This document shows positions 36,684 through 47,228 of a stretch of DNA of 64,000 nt, in pieces. Positions within the stretch are counted from its first letter, which is position 1, and every line of letters starts with the position of its first letter. Source of the stretch: an uncultured Candidatus Saccharibacteria bacterium (GTDB taxonomy: Bacteria; Patescibacteriota; JAUYIX01; CAYNWW01); contig CAYNWW010000002.1 in assembly GCA_964401055.1 (NCBI GenBank), positions 39,935-103,934 on the forward strand. The letters run 5' to 3'. The notes beneath the pieces are model-generated. The model saw nothing but the letters and a program-made list of their open reading frames with translations, was not told the DNA's origin and made no database searches. The position numbers and the translations under genes were made by a program.

Positions 36684-37181
36684 ATGGGCGAACTTATTGA
36701 AAAATTAGGCATCAATCCTCTTCTTCTCGGCGGACAGATCGTCAACTTCATTCTATTGTTGTTGATTTTACAACGATTTCTCTACAAGCCGTTGGTGACT
36801 TTACTCGACAAACGTTCGGCAAAAATCGCCGCAAGCCTCAAAAAAGCAGAGGAAATCGAACACAACGCCCAGCAAGCGCAAGCGGATTTCGATAAAAAAC
36901 TTGCAGCGGCACAGGCCGAAGGTGCCCAGCTGATTGCTGAAGCAAAGCAGGCTGCCGAACGACTCCATGCCGATCTCATGGCCAAAGCTGAGCAACAAGC
37001 GCGTGATATTATCGACAAAGGCGCGCAGTCCGTGGCTGCCGAGCGCGTTGCATTACGAGCTGAATTGCGCCAAGAAACGGCACGCTTGGTCATTGCCGCG
37101 ACCGAGCAAATTCTTGCCGAAGAGCTCACTCCCGAGAAGAAACAAGCCTACACCAATCGAGTGCTGGAGAAGATTTCATGA
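36684..37181 (+). CDS. atpF: ATP synthase Fo subunit b
   Basis: It has an N-terminal TM helix followed by a long Ala/Glu/Lys-rich helix, and sits in the conserved position. Confidence 0.8.
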   Translation: MGELIEKLGINPLLLGGQIVNFILLLLILQRFLYKPLVTLLDKRSAKIAASLKKAEEIEHNAQQAQADFDKKLAAAQAEGAQLIAEAKQAAERLHADLMAKAEQQARDIIDKGAQSVAAERVALRAELRQETARLVIAATEQILAEELTPEKKQAYTNRVLEKIS

Positions 37182-37705
37182 CCTACCAGGCCAAACAATA
37201 CGCCCATGCCTTGTTTGCCCTCCTGCCTGCAACGCAAAAGGATTTTGAAGCTGCGCTGAGCACCTTGAAAGCGTTTAAACGCGGATACGAAACCGATGCG
37301 GGCATTCGGTCGTTTTTCGATGACCCCAACCGCCCAATCAAGATCAAACAATCTGCGATTGAGGCTGCATTGCGCGATGCTCTAACTCCAGTACGCAACC
37401 TCCTCATCCTCATGACGGAAAATTTTGATTTGTTCAAGCTCAGCAAAACGATTTATATCTTGAAAAAAATTGGCGACGCTCAGTATGACATCCTCGAAAT
37501 CCGCGTCCGCACCGCAACTCCGCTCACCGACGCCCTGACTCAAAAACTACGCGAAAAATTCCAAGAGCACACTGACCAGACCGTCCTGATTCGGGAAAAA
37601 GTTGACGAAGCACTGATTGCCGGATTCTCCGTCCGAATTCGCGACCGATTGATTGACGCTCGCCTCTCCACTTCATTAGCACATTTATTACTACAAAAGT
37701 CATGA
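37178..37705 (+). CDS. atpH: ATP synthase F1 subunit delta (OSCP)
   Basis: The 175-aa protein has the OSCP-like C-terminus ...[26 protein letters not shown].. and overlaps atpF by 4 nt. Confidence 0.8.
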   Translation: MTYQAKQYAHALFALLPATQKDFEAALSTLKAFKRGYETDAGIRSFFDDPNRPIKIKQSAIEAALRDALTPVRNLLILMTENFDLFKLSKTIYILKKIGDAQYDILEIRVRTATPLTDALTQKLREKFQEHTDQTVLIREKVDEALIAGFSVRIRDRLIDARLSTSLAHLLLQKS

Positions 37706-39198
37706 AAGATCACATTATCGAGTCCCTGCAAGAGCAAATCGCAACACTGGATCGCGCGCCTCGCGAAGAGCACGTCGGTGTGGTGACGCGCGCCAGCGAT
37801 GGTATTGCAAAAATCTACGGCCTGAGCGGCGTGAAATACAACGAAATGCTGACGTTTGAAAGCGGCGTTGCAGGCGTTGCACTCAACCTCGAGGAAGATA
37901 GCGCGGGCGCTGTTATTTTGGGTGATTTCCAATCGGTTCGCCAAGGCGAAACCGTCAAAGGAACTGGAAAAATCCTCAGTGTTCCTGTCGGCAACGGCAT
38001 GATTGGTCGTGTAGTCAACGCGCTCGGCGAGCCGATTGACGGCAAAGGACCGATTGTGGCAGATGCGATATATCCGATCGAACGCATTGCTTCCGGTGTG
38101 ATCACCCGTGATGCTGTCAAAACCCCATTACAAACCGGCATCAAAGCCATCGATGCCATGATTCCGGTCGGCCGCGGCCAGCGCGAACTCATCATCGGCG
38201 ACCGCCAAACCGGCAAGACCGCCATCGCCATCGACACGATCATCAACCAAACAGACGTCACTTGTATCTATGTCGCTATCGGACAAAAAGAATCCAAAGT
38301 GGCGAAAATCGTGGCCAAGCTGGAAGAATCCGGCGCCATGAAACACACCATTGTGGTGGTTGCCGGCGCATCAGAATCCGCCGCGCTCAGCTACATCGCC
38401 CCCTACACCGGCTGCGCAATGGGCGAATTTTTCATGGATAAAGGCAAAGACGCACTTATTGTCTACGATGATTTGTCCAAACACGCGTGGGGCTATCGCC
38501 AGATTTCACTCTTGCTCCGCCGTCCTCCAGGTCGCGACGCGTATCCGGGCGATGTGTTCTACCTCCATTCTCGCCTTCTTGAGCGTGCAGCAAAGTTGTC
38601 CAAGGAATTCGGCGGTGGCTCTCTGACCGCTCTTCCGATCATCGAAACCCAGGCCGGTGACGTGTCAGCCTACATCCCGACCAACGTAATTTCTATCACC
38701 GACGGCCAGATTTATCTCGAGCCTGATTTGTTTTACCAAGGCATCAAGCCAGCCATCAACGTCGGCCTCTCGGTCTCGCGCGTGGGATCGAGCGCACAGC
38801 TCAAAGCCATGAAAAAAGTGGCGTCCAAGCTGCGTCTCGATGCCGCACAATTCCGCGAACTTGCCGCTTTTGCCCAATTCGGATCCGACCTTGATGAAGA
38901 AACGAAAAAGCGCATCGAGCGTGGCAAGCGCGTACAAGAAATCCTCAAGCAAGGACAATACGCTCCGATGAACGTCGCCGACCAGATTATCATTATTTAC
39001 GCGGTCACGCGTGGATTTGCCGATGATGTGCCGGTAGAAAAAATGCGCACCTTCGAAGCAGGTCTGCTTGAATTTATCTCCAGTGGTCGCTACCGCGTCG
39101 TTCGCGAGGCAATTGAGAAGGAAAAAGAGCTCTCGGACAAAATCGACGCCGCGCTCACCAAAGTGATTACCGAATTTAAGAAAAATAGGACGTTTTAA
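37702..39198 (+). CDS. atpA: ATP synthase F1 subunit alpha
   Basis: It has the P-loop [18 protein letters not shown] and the sequence ...[28 protein letters not shown]. Confidence 0.95.
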   Translation: MKDHIIESLQEQIATLDRAPREEHVGVVTRASDGIAKIYGLSGVKYNEMLTFESGVAGVALNLEEDSAGAVILGDFQSVRQGETVKGTGKILSVPVGNGMIGRVVNALGEPIDGKGPIVADAIYPIERIASGVITRDAVKTPLQTGIKAIDAMIPVGRGQRELIIGDRQTGKTAIAIDTIINQTDVTCIYVAIGQKESKVAKIVAKLEESGAMKHTIVVVAGASESAALSYIAPYTGCAMGEFFMDKGKDALIVYDDLSKHAWGYRQISLLLRRPPGRDAYPGDVFYLHSRLLERAAKLSKEFGGGSLTALPIIETQAGDVSAYIPTNVISITDGQIYLEPDLFYQGIKPAINVGLSVSRVGSSAQLKAMKKVASKLRLDAAQFRELAAFAQFGSDLDEETKKRIERGKRVQEILKQGQYAPMNVADQIIIIYAVTRGFADDVPVEKMRTFEAGLLEFISSGRYRVVREAIEKEKELSDKIDAALTKVITEFKKNRTF

Positions 39199-40115
39199 TG
39201 CCCCAAGGAACTCGAGAACTCAAACGACGCATTCGCAGCGTCAAAAATACCCGCCAGATCACCAAAGCCATGGAAGCTGTGGCGGTTTCCAAGATGCGCA
39301 AAGCACAACACGCCGCGCTTGATGCGCGCGCGTATGCGCTCAAAGCTCTCGAGCTCCTGTCGCATGTCCAAGAAAAAGTTGGACGTGCCTCCCATCCCCT
39401 TCTTGCGTCCCGACCAGCGAAACGCGTCACCGTCATCGTGTTCACCACAGACAAAGGCCTGTGCGGCGCACTCAACACCAATGTGCTCAAAAAAGCAATC
39501 GAGGCGCTGGATGCTGAGAGCGGCACACAGACAACTCTTGTCACAGTGGGTAAAAAGGGTGCGGCATTTTTCAAAAAAACTCGCGCAGATATCACTGCCA
39601 CTTTTTCCAGCCTCGGCGATCGCACCGACATTGGTGATGTGGCCGCAATCTCGCGCGTTGCGCTAGATGACTTCCTCAATCATCGCACCGACAAAGTGAT
39701 CCTGGTCTACGCCAACTTTGTTTCGACCTTGCGCCAAGTGCCCCAAATTCGCCAGCTCCTCCCGCTTTCTCGCCAGCTCATTACAGAAATCTCTGAACTC
39801 TCTTCGCTCGAGCTGCGCGAAGAAGACACACGCGCAAAGTCATTTGACTTCGACTACTTGCTCGAGCCAAATGCAGACATGCTTCTCTCGGCTCTTTTAC
39901 CCAAACTGGTAGAAATGCAAATCTATCGCGCCCTTCTTGAAGCAAACGCGTCCGAACACTCCGCCCGTATGATTGCAATGAAAAATGCCACCGATAACGC
40001 GTCTGACATTCTTGAAGATCTCAACCTGACCTACAATCAATTGCGTCAATCAACAATTACGAAAGAAATTTCTGAAATTGTGGGTGGCGTTGAGGCACTC
40101 AAGGATCAAGAGTAG
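39198..40115 (+). CDS. atpG: ATP synthase F1 subunit gamma
   Basis: The N-terminus ELKRRIRSVKNTRQITKAMEAVAVSKMRKAQ and the C-terminus ..LTYNQLRQSTITKEISEIVGG match subunit gamma. Confidence 0.9.
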   Translation: MPQGTRELKRRIRSVKNTRQITKAMEAVAVSKMRKAQHAALDARAYALKALELLSHVQEKVGRASHPLLASRPAKRVTVIVFTTDKGLCGALNTNVLKKAIEALDAESGTQTTLVTVGKKGAAFFKKTRADITATFSSLGDRTDIGDVAAISRVALDDFLNHRTDKVILVYANFVSTLRQVPQIRQLLPLSRQLITEISELSSLELREEDTRAKSFDFDYLLEPNADMLLSALLPKLVEMQIYRALLEANASEHSARMIAMKNATDNASDILEDLNLTYNQLRQSTITKEISEIVGGVEALKDQE

Positions 40116-40151
40116 GCGTGCGCAACAAATTTATTTATGAATATTATTTGA

Positions 40152-41537
<1,386 letters not shown>

Positions 41538-41548
41538 TCTCTCCGCTT

Positions 41549-42004
41549 ATGGCTCAGCAGCTTCTCAATATTGAAATAGTCTCGATCAAGCGTACGGTGT
41601 ATACCGGCACCGCTCGTTCCTTGGTAGCGCACACAGTTGATGGCCAAATCACTATTTTGCCACACCACGAGCCGCTCATTACCCTCCTCGATCAAGGCGA
41701 GCTGGATATTCGCACCGAGTCAGGCGAAGAGTTATATTTTGCCCTCTCGAGTGGCTTTCTCGAAATTCGTCCAAACAAAATCATCATTCTTGTCGAAGAT
41801 GCTACGCGCGCCGAAGACATCGATGAAGCGAGTGCCCTCGCTGCGCGAAAACGCGCAGAAGAACTGATCCGCACACGCAACGAGAAAGACGACATGGAAT
41901 TTGCTGACGCCAAAGCGCTGCTTGCAAAATCCCTTCTCGAGCTCAAGGTTGTTGGCCGCAAAAAATCCCTTCGCACGCACACGCCACCGCTTCGGGAAGA
42001 ATAA
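41549..42004 (+). CDS. atpC: ATP synthase F1 subunit epsilon (extended C-terminus)
   Basis: It has an N-terminal beta-sandwich (LNIEIVSIKRTVYTGTARSLVAHTVDGQITILPHHEPL) followed by a helical tail. Confidence 0.85.
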   Translation: MAQQLLNIEIVSIKRTVYTGTARSLVAHTVDGQITILPHHEPLITLLDQGELDIRTESGEELYFALSSGFLEIRPNKIIILVEDATRAEDIDEASALAARKRAEELIRTRNEKDDMEFADAKALLAKSLLELKVVGRKKSLRTHTPPLREE

Positions 42005-42011
42005 AGCTATC

Positions 42012-42046
42012 AAAAAACCATCGGCTCCAGGCCGATGGTTTTTTAT
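42012..42046. terminator. Bidirectional rho-independent terminator between the convergent atpC and SulP genes
   Basis: A6-accatcggc-tccag-gccgatggt-T5: a perfect 9-bp stem. Confidence 0.75.
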
Positions 42047-42067
42047 ATAATCACCTACAAAAACCGT

Positions 42068-43702
42068 TTAACGAGGCTTAATACCAAGTGATTCAAGCGC
42101 AAACTGTGTCTTTTCAAAAATTAATTTCTCTTTTTCAAAACGATCGTACTTCTTCGAGCACTGCTTCAAGAGCGCCACAATAGCAGGATCAATGCTCGTC
42201 AAAAGGACCTTTTGTCCACGCTCCTCTGCAATACCAATGATTTCATCAAGCGCCTCAATGCCATCGAGATCAATAAAATACACTTCTCGCAACCGCAAAA
42301 CAATGTATTTATAGCTCGTAAGTCCCTCTTCGAATCGACTCACATGCGCACGACTATTCAAATAGCACAATTTTCCCCGAATTGAATAGAGTAAAATGTC
42401 AGCGTTTTCCTTAATCTCCTTAATGCTTTCGCCAGAAACAACACCTACAAGTCCTTCATCAAACTTATTGAGCTTCGCATCAAAATGTCCGTGTGAAATC
42501 TTGTTGGTAAAAATAAGAAGCGAGATCGACACGCCAACTAAAATACCAACAATTGGATCCTCAACGATTGTCACAGCCGCAACAAGCAATGCCACAAAAA
42601 AGCTTGAGCGCTCATATTGATAGAATCGAATAAAGTGCTTGCGTTCGATCATTTGTATCGCGACATACACGAGAATTGCCGCAATAACCGCCATCGGGAT
42701 ATAGCGGAAATAAATCAAGAACACCGAAGAAATAACTGCCACTAAAATCGCATTCACTATCGCTGACGTGCGGTGAGACGCGCCAGTTCTGATGTTTAAT
42801 GATGTACGTGCGAGTGCGGCGGTCGCAGGAATACCGCCCGCGAGTCCGGAGGCAATATTGGCAATGCCGAGGCTCAGCATCTCCTTGCGTCCATTGTGCT
42901 TAGTTCGCGTCATGCCATCCGCAATCTTCGCCGAAAGCATTGTTTCGAGAATTGCCACAAGTGCGATCACAAGCGCCGAAACCACCATATCGTGAGTAAA
43001 AGTCAGCGAAGGTGCGGAAAAAAATTGAAATGAAATAGAGCCAAACTTTCCGCCGAGCGTTTGAAGCTTAGACGATATAGCACCCGTTTCCCCCAAATAG
43101 CCCAACAAAATACCAACCGGTGCCAACACAATCGCACCCGGAATTTTTGGCAAAAACTTTTTGAACAAAAAGAGAGCCACGAGAAACAAAAAGAAGACTA
43201 CTACAGCAGCAAAGGAAAATCCGGATACATGTTTAAATGACTCAATCACATTATCAAAAAATTTTTCATGAACAGGTATATTTTTAAGTCCAAGCGCAGA
43301 GTTAAATTGGTTGAGACCGATAATAAATGCCACTCCCAAGGTAAATCCATGAATCACACTCGACGGAATCAAGATGAGATACCTCTCAAGCTTTAATGCA
43401 TATGCAATCAAAATCAGAATTCCTGCGAGCACCGCCAACACCGGAACGGTTGCCGCTCCATGAGCAATCGCATATGTTGCAATCACGCCCGACAACGCTC
43501 CTGTCGGACCAACAATGTTAAAGTTGCTGCCTGCAAAAACAGCCGCAAAAAAACCTGCCCACATAGCAGTCAGAATACCCATCAGCGGCGTAACGCCTGA
43601 GGCAACGGCAAGCGAAATCGAAAGTGGAATCGAGATAAGCGATACTGTCACGCCAGATTTCCAGTTTTTCTTGAGATGATCAAGGCCGGACTTGAGCTGC
43701 AT
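42068..43702 (-). CDS. SulP-family anion transporter with a C-terminal STAS domain
   Basis: It has 10-12 TM segments with the SulP signature (PTGALSGVIATYA...) and a STAS-like C-terminus (IVLRLREVYFIDLDGIEAL). Confidence 0.8.
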   Translation of the reverse strand: MQLKSGLDHLKKNWKSGVTVSLISIPLSISLAVASGVTPLMGILTAMWAGFFAAVFAGSNFNIVGPTGALSGVIATYAIAHGAATVPVLAVLAGILILIAYALKLERYLILIPSSVIHGFTLGVAFIIGLNQFNSALGLKNIPVHEKFFDNVIESFKHVSGFSFAAVVVFFLFLVALFLFKKFLPKIPGAIVLAPVGILLGYLGETGAISSKLQTLGGKFGSISFQFFSAPSLTFTHDMVVSALVIALVAILETMLSAKIADGMTRTKHNGRKEMLSLGIANIASGLAGGIPATAALARTSLNIRTGASHRTSAIVNAILVAVISSVFLIYFRYIPMAVIAAILVYVAIQMIERKHFIRFYQYERSSFFVALLVAAVTIVEDPIVGILVGVSISLLIFTNKISHGHFDAKLNKFDEGLVGVVSGESIKEIKENADILLYSIRGKLCYLNSRAHVSRFEEGLTSYKYIVLRLREVYFIDLDGIEALDEIIGIAEERGQKVLLTSIDPAIVALLKQCSKKYDRFEKEKLIFEKTQFALESLGIKPR

Positions 43703-43791
43703 ACGGGTACGAATAAAATATAAATAAATTAAAACAGAAAATGAGTATAACGCTCCGCTATCGGGTTGTCAAATACAAATTCGAGGAAATA

Positions 43792-43835
43792 AAAGTGCCG
43801 TATTCCACTTTGCTACAAGAGGAATACGGCACTTT
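43792..43835 (-). terminator. 15-bp perfect hairpin downstream of rplY (minus strand), followed by a U-rich tract; a probable intrinsic terminator.
   Basis: The arms are aaagtgccgtattcc / ggaatacggcacttt with a 14-nt loop; the structure lies in the rplY-SulP intergenic region. Confidence 0.5.
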
Positions 43836-43844
43836 CAATTGATA

Positions 43845-44564
43845 CTACTCAGCCTTCTTTTCTTTTTTCACTTCTTTGTTGCCATCTTTTTTGGCATCTT
43901 TGGTGCTGCCGGTTGCAGCAGGCGCATTTGGATCCACTTCCTTCTTCACGCCTTCCACTGACTGCACGTCTTCCACAACTTCAGCCTTCAACGACTCGAG
44001 CTCTGCTTCCGAGCGAGGAGGAGTGACTGAGGCCACCACTTCATCCATCTCAGTAATCATCTTGACCCCTTCCGGAAGCACGATATCACGAACCTTAATC
44101 ACGTCATCAAACGTAGCAAGTGAGGAAATCTGGGCAACCAAGTGATTTGGAATATTGGTCGGCAAGCATTCGATTTCGATTTCATCCATGGCCTTGACCA
44201 ACACGCCAGCCAGACTTTTAACCGCAGCAGAAACGCCTTCAAACGCCACCGGAACCTTGGTCTTGATCTTCTCTTTCAAGTTGACTTTGTACAAATCGGC
44301 ATGACGATACACGCCCGTCACCGGATCCTCATCCACACCATGAATCAGAACTTTTTCTTCTGTTGAGCCGATTTTTACGGTCACAAGAGCGCTTTCTTGT
44401 GCGCCTGCGTATACTTTTTTGAACTCAGCAAGAGCAACTTGCAACGACTGAGTTGGATAATTATGACCATACAATACAACCGGAATTTTACCGGCTCGGC
44501 GAAGTCCGCTCACGCTTTTGCCCAGCGCCACGCGTTTTTCAGCTGTTAATACAAATTCTTTCAT
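43845..44564 (-). CDS. rplY: 50S ribosomal protein L25 / general stress protein Ctc form with a Lys/Glu/Ala-rich C-terminal tail
   Basis: The N-terminus reads MKEFVLTAEKRVALGKSVSGLRRAGKIPVVLYGHNYPTQSLQV, and a beta-barrel second domain follows. Confidence 0.8.
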   Translation of the reverse strand: MKEFVLTAEKRVALGKSVSGLRRAGKIPVVLYGHNYPTQSLQVALAEFKKVYAGAQESALVTVKIGSTEEKVLIHGVDEDPVTGVYRHADLYKVNLKEKIKTKVPVAFEGVSAAVKSLAGVLVKAMDEIEIECLPTNIPNHLVAQISSLATFDDVIKVRDIVLPEGVKMITEMDEVVASVTPPRSEAELESLKAEVVEDVQSVEGVKKEVDPNAPAATGSTKDAKKDGNKEVKKEKKAE

Positions 44565-44590
44565 AGAGATACCTTACGAAATTATCAAAA

Positions 44591-44917
44591 TTAAAATCGG
44601 AACCCAGGCGCGCGGACTGCATGATGAACGTCGAGCACTTCATCGGCGATAACAGCCGGAACGGCGCGAAATTTCACCACATCTTCACTTGTCAAGTCCG
44701 TGATCAAACCCATCGAACTCACACCAATCTGGCCAGTAACCATCGCGGACACGATGGAACTCTTGCATTTGCCGCACTGGACATGGATCAAAAATGCGTT
44801 TTTGCGCTCTTCAATAATAGAAGCCGCATGCTTGCCATACTTCTCGCCGCAGAGCGGACAAGCAGAAAGCAAGCGCATATCCCCTCCCAAACTATACATC
44901 TTTCTCTTCATCTTCAT
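44591..44917 (-). CDS. Hypothetical zinc-ribbon protein (108 aa)
   Basis: It has a CPLCGEK...CGKCKSS four-Cys cluster. Confidence 0.35.
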   Translation of the reverse strand: MKMKRKMYSLGGDMRLLSACPLCGEKYGKHAASIIEERKNAFLIHVQCGKCKSSIVSAMVTGQIGVSSMGLITDLTSEDVVKFRAVPAVIADEVLDVHHAVRAPGFRF

Positions 44918-44974
44918 ATGACGGGTGATGAGAAATAAACTCTGCCCCTATTCTAGGCCGCAGAGGCGAAAAAG

Positions 44975-46084
44975 TCAAGAAGCGTGACCAGACAAACGCT
45001 GCGCACGACGAATCGCCACGCTTTCTACCAAACCAAGCGCAATCAGACTGGCAATCATCGAGCTTCCACCATAGCTCACCAGCGGAAGCGGAATGCCGGC
45101 CACAGGCATAATCCCCATATTCATGCCCACATTGATCAAAATCTGCGCCACGAGCATCACCAACACGCCTATGCCAATAAAAAAACCAAAATTGCTGCGC
45201 GCAAGCTGCGCCGAACGAGAAATCCGCCACAGCACAAAGCCAAACAAGCCCAGCAAAGCCGCCGCTCCCACAAATCCCAGCTCCTCAGCCAATACCGCAA
45301 ACACAAAATCCGTGTGCTGCTCGGGTAAAAAGTTGAGCTGACTTTGAGATCCATGACCAAGTCCCTTGCCGAACCACCCGCCTGAACCAACGGCAATAGT
45401 TGATTGAATTACATTGTATCCCTGCCCCAGCGGATCATCCTGAGGTCGCAAGAAGGTCATGATGCGATCTTTTTGATATGGCCGCAAAAACACCAGCCAG
45501 GCAATAGCCGCAAGTGCAAATCCGCTGGCCCCCAACACAGCCAGATGTGTTTTTTTAATGCCGGCAACCAGCAGCATGCCTCCCCAAATCGCCGCAATAA
45601 TGAGCGCTGAGCCCAGATCCGGCTGAATAACAACCAACGCAATCGGAATCAACGTCAACACTCCCGACACTACAATATGTCGAAACCGATACATCTCTTT
45701 TGCATACACCGAGAAGTACTGCGCCAACACGATAATAATGACCACTTTTGCAAATTCTGATGGCTGAAGGCTAAATCCGCCAATCTCAAACCAGCTTCGC
45801 GTCCCGCGCACCAATTTGCCAAAAAAAAGAACGGCAACAAGGACACTACAGATGGCCATGTAGAGCACCCACACCCAGCGCCGCAGGATTTCATAATTGA
45901 TCAGGCTCACCAGCAGGAGCAAAGGGATTCCTACGCCTGCAAACAACAATTGACGACCAGCATACGCAGGCCCACCTTCGTTGATGATTCCGGTGCTGTA
46001 AATAATCATCACACCAAGCAGCACAAGCGCGACCACCGCCCCAAAGAGCAACCAATCAAATTGGGTTAAGAGTTTTTTCCACAT
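44975..46084 (-). CDS. SEDS-family peptidoglycan glycosyltransferase (RodA/FtsW/SpoVE)
   Basis: It has ten TM segments and the conserved C-terminal region ...GMNMGIMPVAGIPLPLVSYGGSSMIASLIALGLV. Confidence 0.85.
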   Translation of the reverse strand: MWKKLLTQFDWLLFGAVVALVLLGVMIIYSTGIINEGGPAYAGRQLLFAGVGIPLLLLVSLINYEILRRWVWVLYMAICSVLVAVLFFGKLVRGTRSWFEIGGFSLQPSEFAKVVIIIVLAQYFSVYAKEMYRFRHIVVSGVLTLIPIALVVIQPDLGSALIIAAIWGGMLLVAGIKKTHLAVLGASGFALAAIAWLVFLRPYQKDRIMTFLRPQDDPLGQGYNVIQSTIAVGSGGWFGKGLGHGSQSQLNFLPEQHTDFVFAVLAEELGFVGAAALLGLFGFVLWRISRSAQLARSNFGFFIGIGVLVMLVAQILINVGMNMGIMPVAGIPLPLVSYGGSSMIASLIALGLVESVAIRRAQRLSGHAS

Positions 46085-46096
46085 GGGCGCGCGAAA

Positions 46097-47128
46097 TTAT
46101 TGTCCGTATTCGAGATAGCGACCGCCTTGAGCGCGGAATACGTTAATAAAATTGTCGGATTTATACACATTGACTCGCGTACTTGCGGCAATCTTGGCAA
46201 CCGAGGTGTACGCGTCGAGATTCCACACAATTCGGAAATCGCGCTGAGTGTTTGAATGAAATCCATTCAAGACCGTGCGCGTCACGCCCAATACCTTACC
46301 CGCCACATCTGTTGCGGTAAGAAAGATATCAACCTGGTCAAATGTGTAGGGAGTCTGATTTACCACCGTACCGCTCACCTGAAAGCGATCACCTGCGGCA
46401 ACCGGCTGAATCGGCTTCACATTGCGCGCCAATAGATCCAGCGAAGAAAACTGCTCCAGCTTCACATATTTTTGCGAAGTGATTTCAAATGTGGCGCTGG
46501 CCGCCGGTGCGCTCGTAGTAAGCCCCAACTCAACAAGCGGCGCAGTTTCAAGCGGTAACATATACGTCATTCCGGAGCTCGAGCCAACTTCCTGTTTGGC
46601 AACATCTAAAAGAGTGATTTTATAGCCAAGCTCCTTGACGCCCCATTCCTGAGACGCGTTGCGCAGCTGCACAAACACATCTACTGCACCGGATTTTTGA
46701 AACAGCTGAGGCTCGGTTGACTCAATCTTGAAATCCGCCGGCGGACGTTCGTCGCATCCATCCGGAATTCCATTGCGGTTTTCGTCCACATGATCATCAA
46801 ATCCAGGGCACGCATCCAAGCGATCCACCACCCCATCATTGTCGCTGTCGGTATGAAGAGATTTGTCAAAATAATTGCGGATTGCGCCCGCATTGGCAAA
46901 TGCAACCAACAAGATAATCAACAAAAAAAGTCCAAGCGCCATCAAGCCGAGGTATCGACGATTGCGCAAGAAAAATAACTTGAGCTTGAATTCGCTCTGA
47001 ATACGCAAATGCGTACCGAGGACAGGCTCCTCTTCTTTGGGGAGCTCTTCGGGCTGAATTGGCTTTGGCTGTTCTTGGGGTTGCTCTGGTGACATGCAGA
47101 CATCATACCACAACCGCTTTTTGCGCAA
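46097..47128 (-). CDS. Membrane-anchored extracellular protein with thrombospondin type-3 / Ca-binding Asp-rich repeats
   Basis: It has a Pro/Glu-rich N-terminus, a TM helix, DSDNDGVVDRLDACPGFDDHVDENRNGIPDGCDE, and then a beta-rich domain. It lies immediately downstream of the SEDS gene. Confidence 0.4.
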   Translation of the reverse strand: MRKKRLWYDVCMSPEQPQEQPKPIQPEELPKEEEPVLGTHLRIQSEFKLKLFFLRNRRYLGLMALGLFLLIILLVAFANAGAIRNYFDKSLHTDSDNDGVVDRLDACPGFDDHVDENRNGIPDGCDERPPADFKIESTEPQLFQKSGAVDVFVQLRNASQEWGVKELGYKITLLDVAKQEVGSSSGMTYMLPLETAPLVELGLTTSAPAASATFEITSQKYVKLEQFSSLDLLARNVKPIQPVAAGDRFQVSGTVVNQTPYTFDQVDIFLTATDVAGKVLGVTRTVLNGFHSNTQRDFRIVWNLDAYTSVAKIAASTRVNVYKSDNFINVFRAQGGRYLEYGQ

Positions 47129-47228
47129 AAGTCAAAATTGCGAGCACGTCGGATGTTTTGTACAATACACCCACGACAAAGATAAAATTTTCATTAAAAT
47201 GTAATGAAAAAATACTAAATTTACCGCT

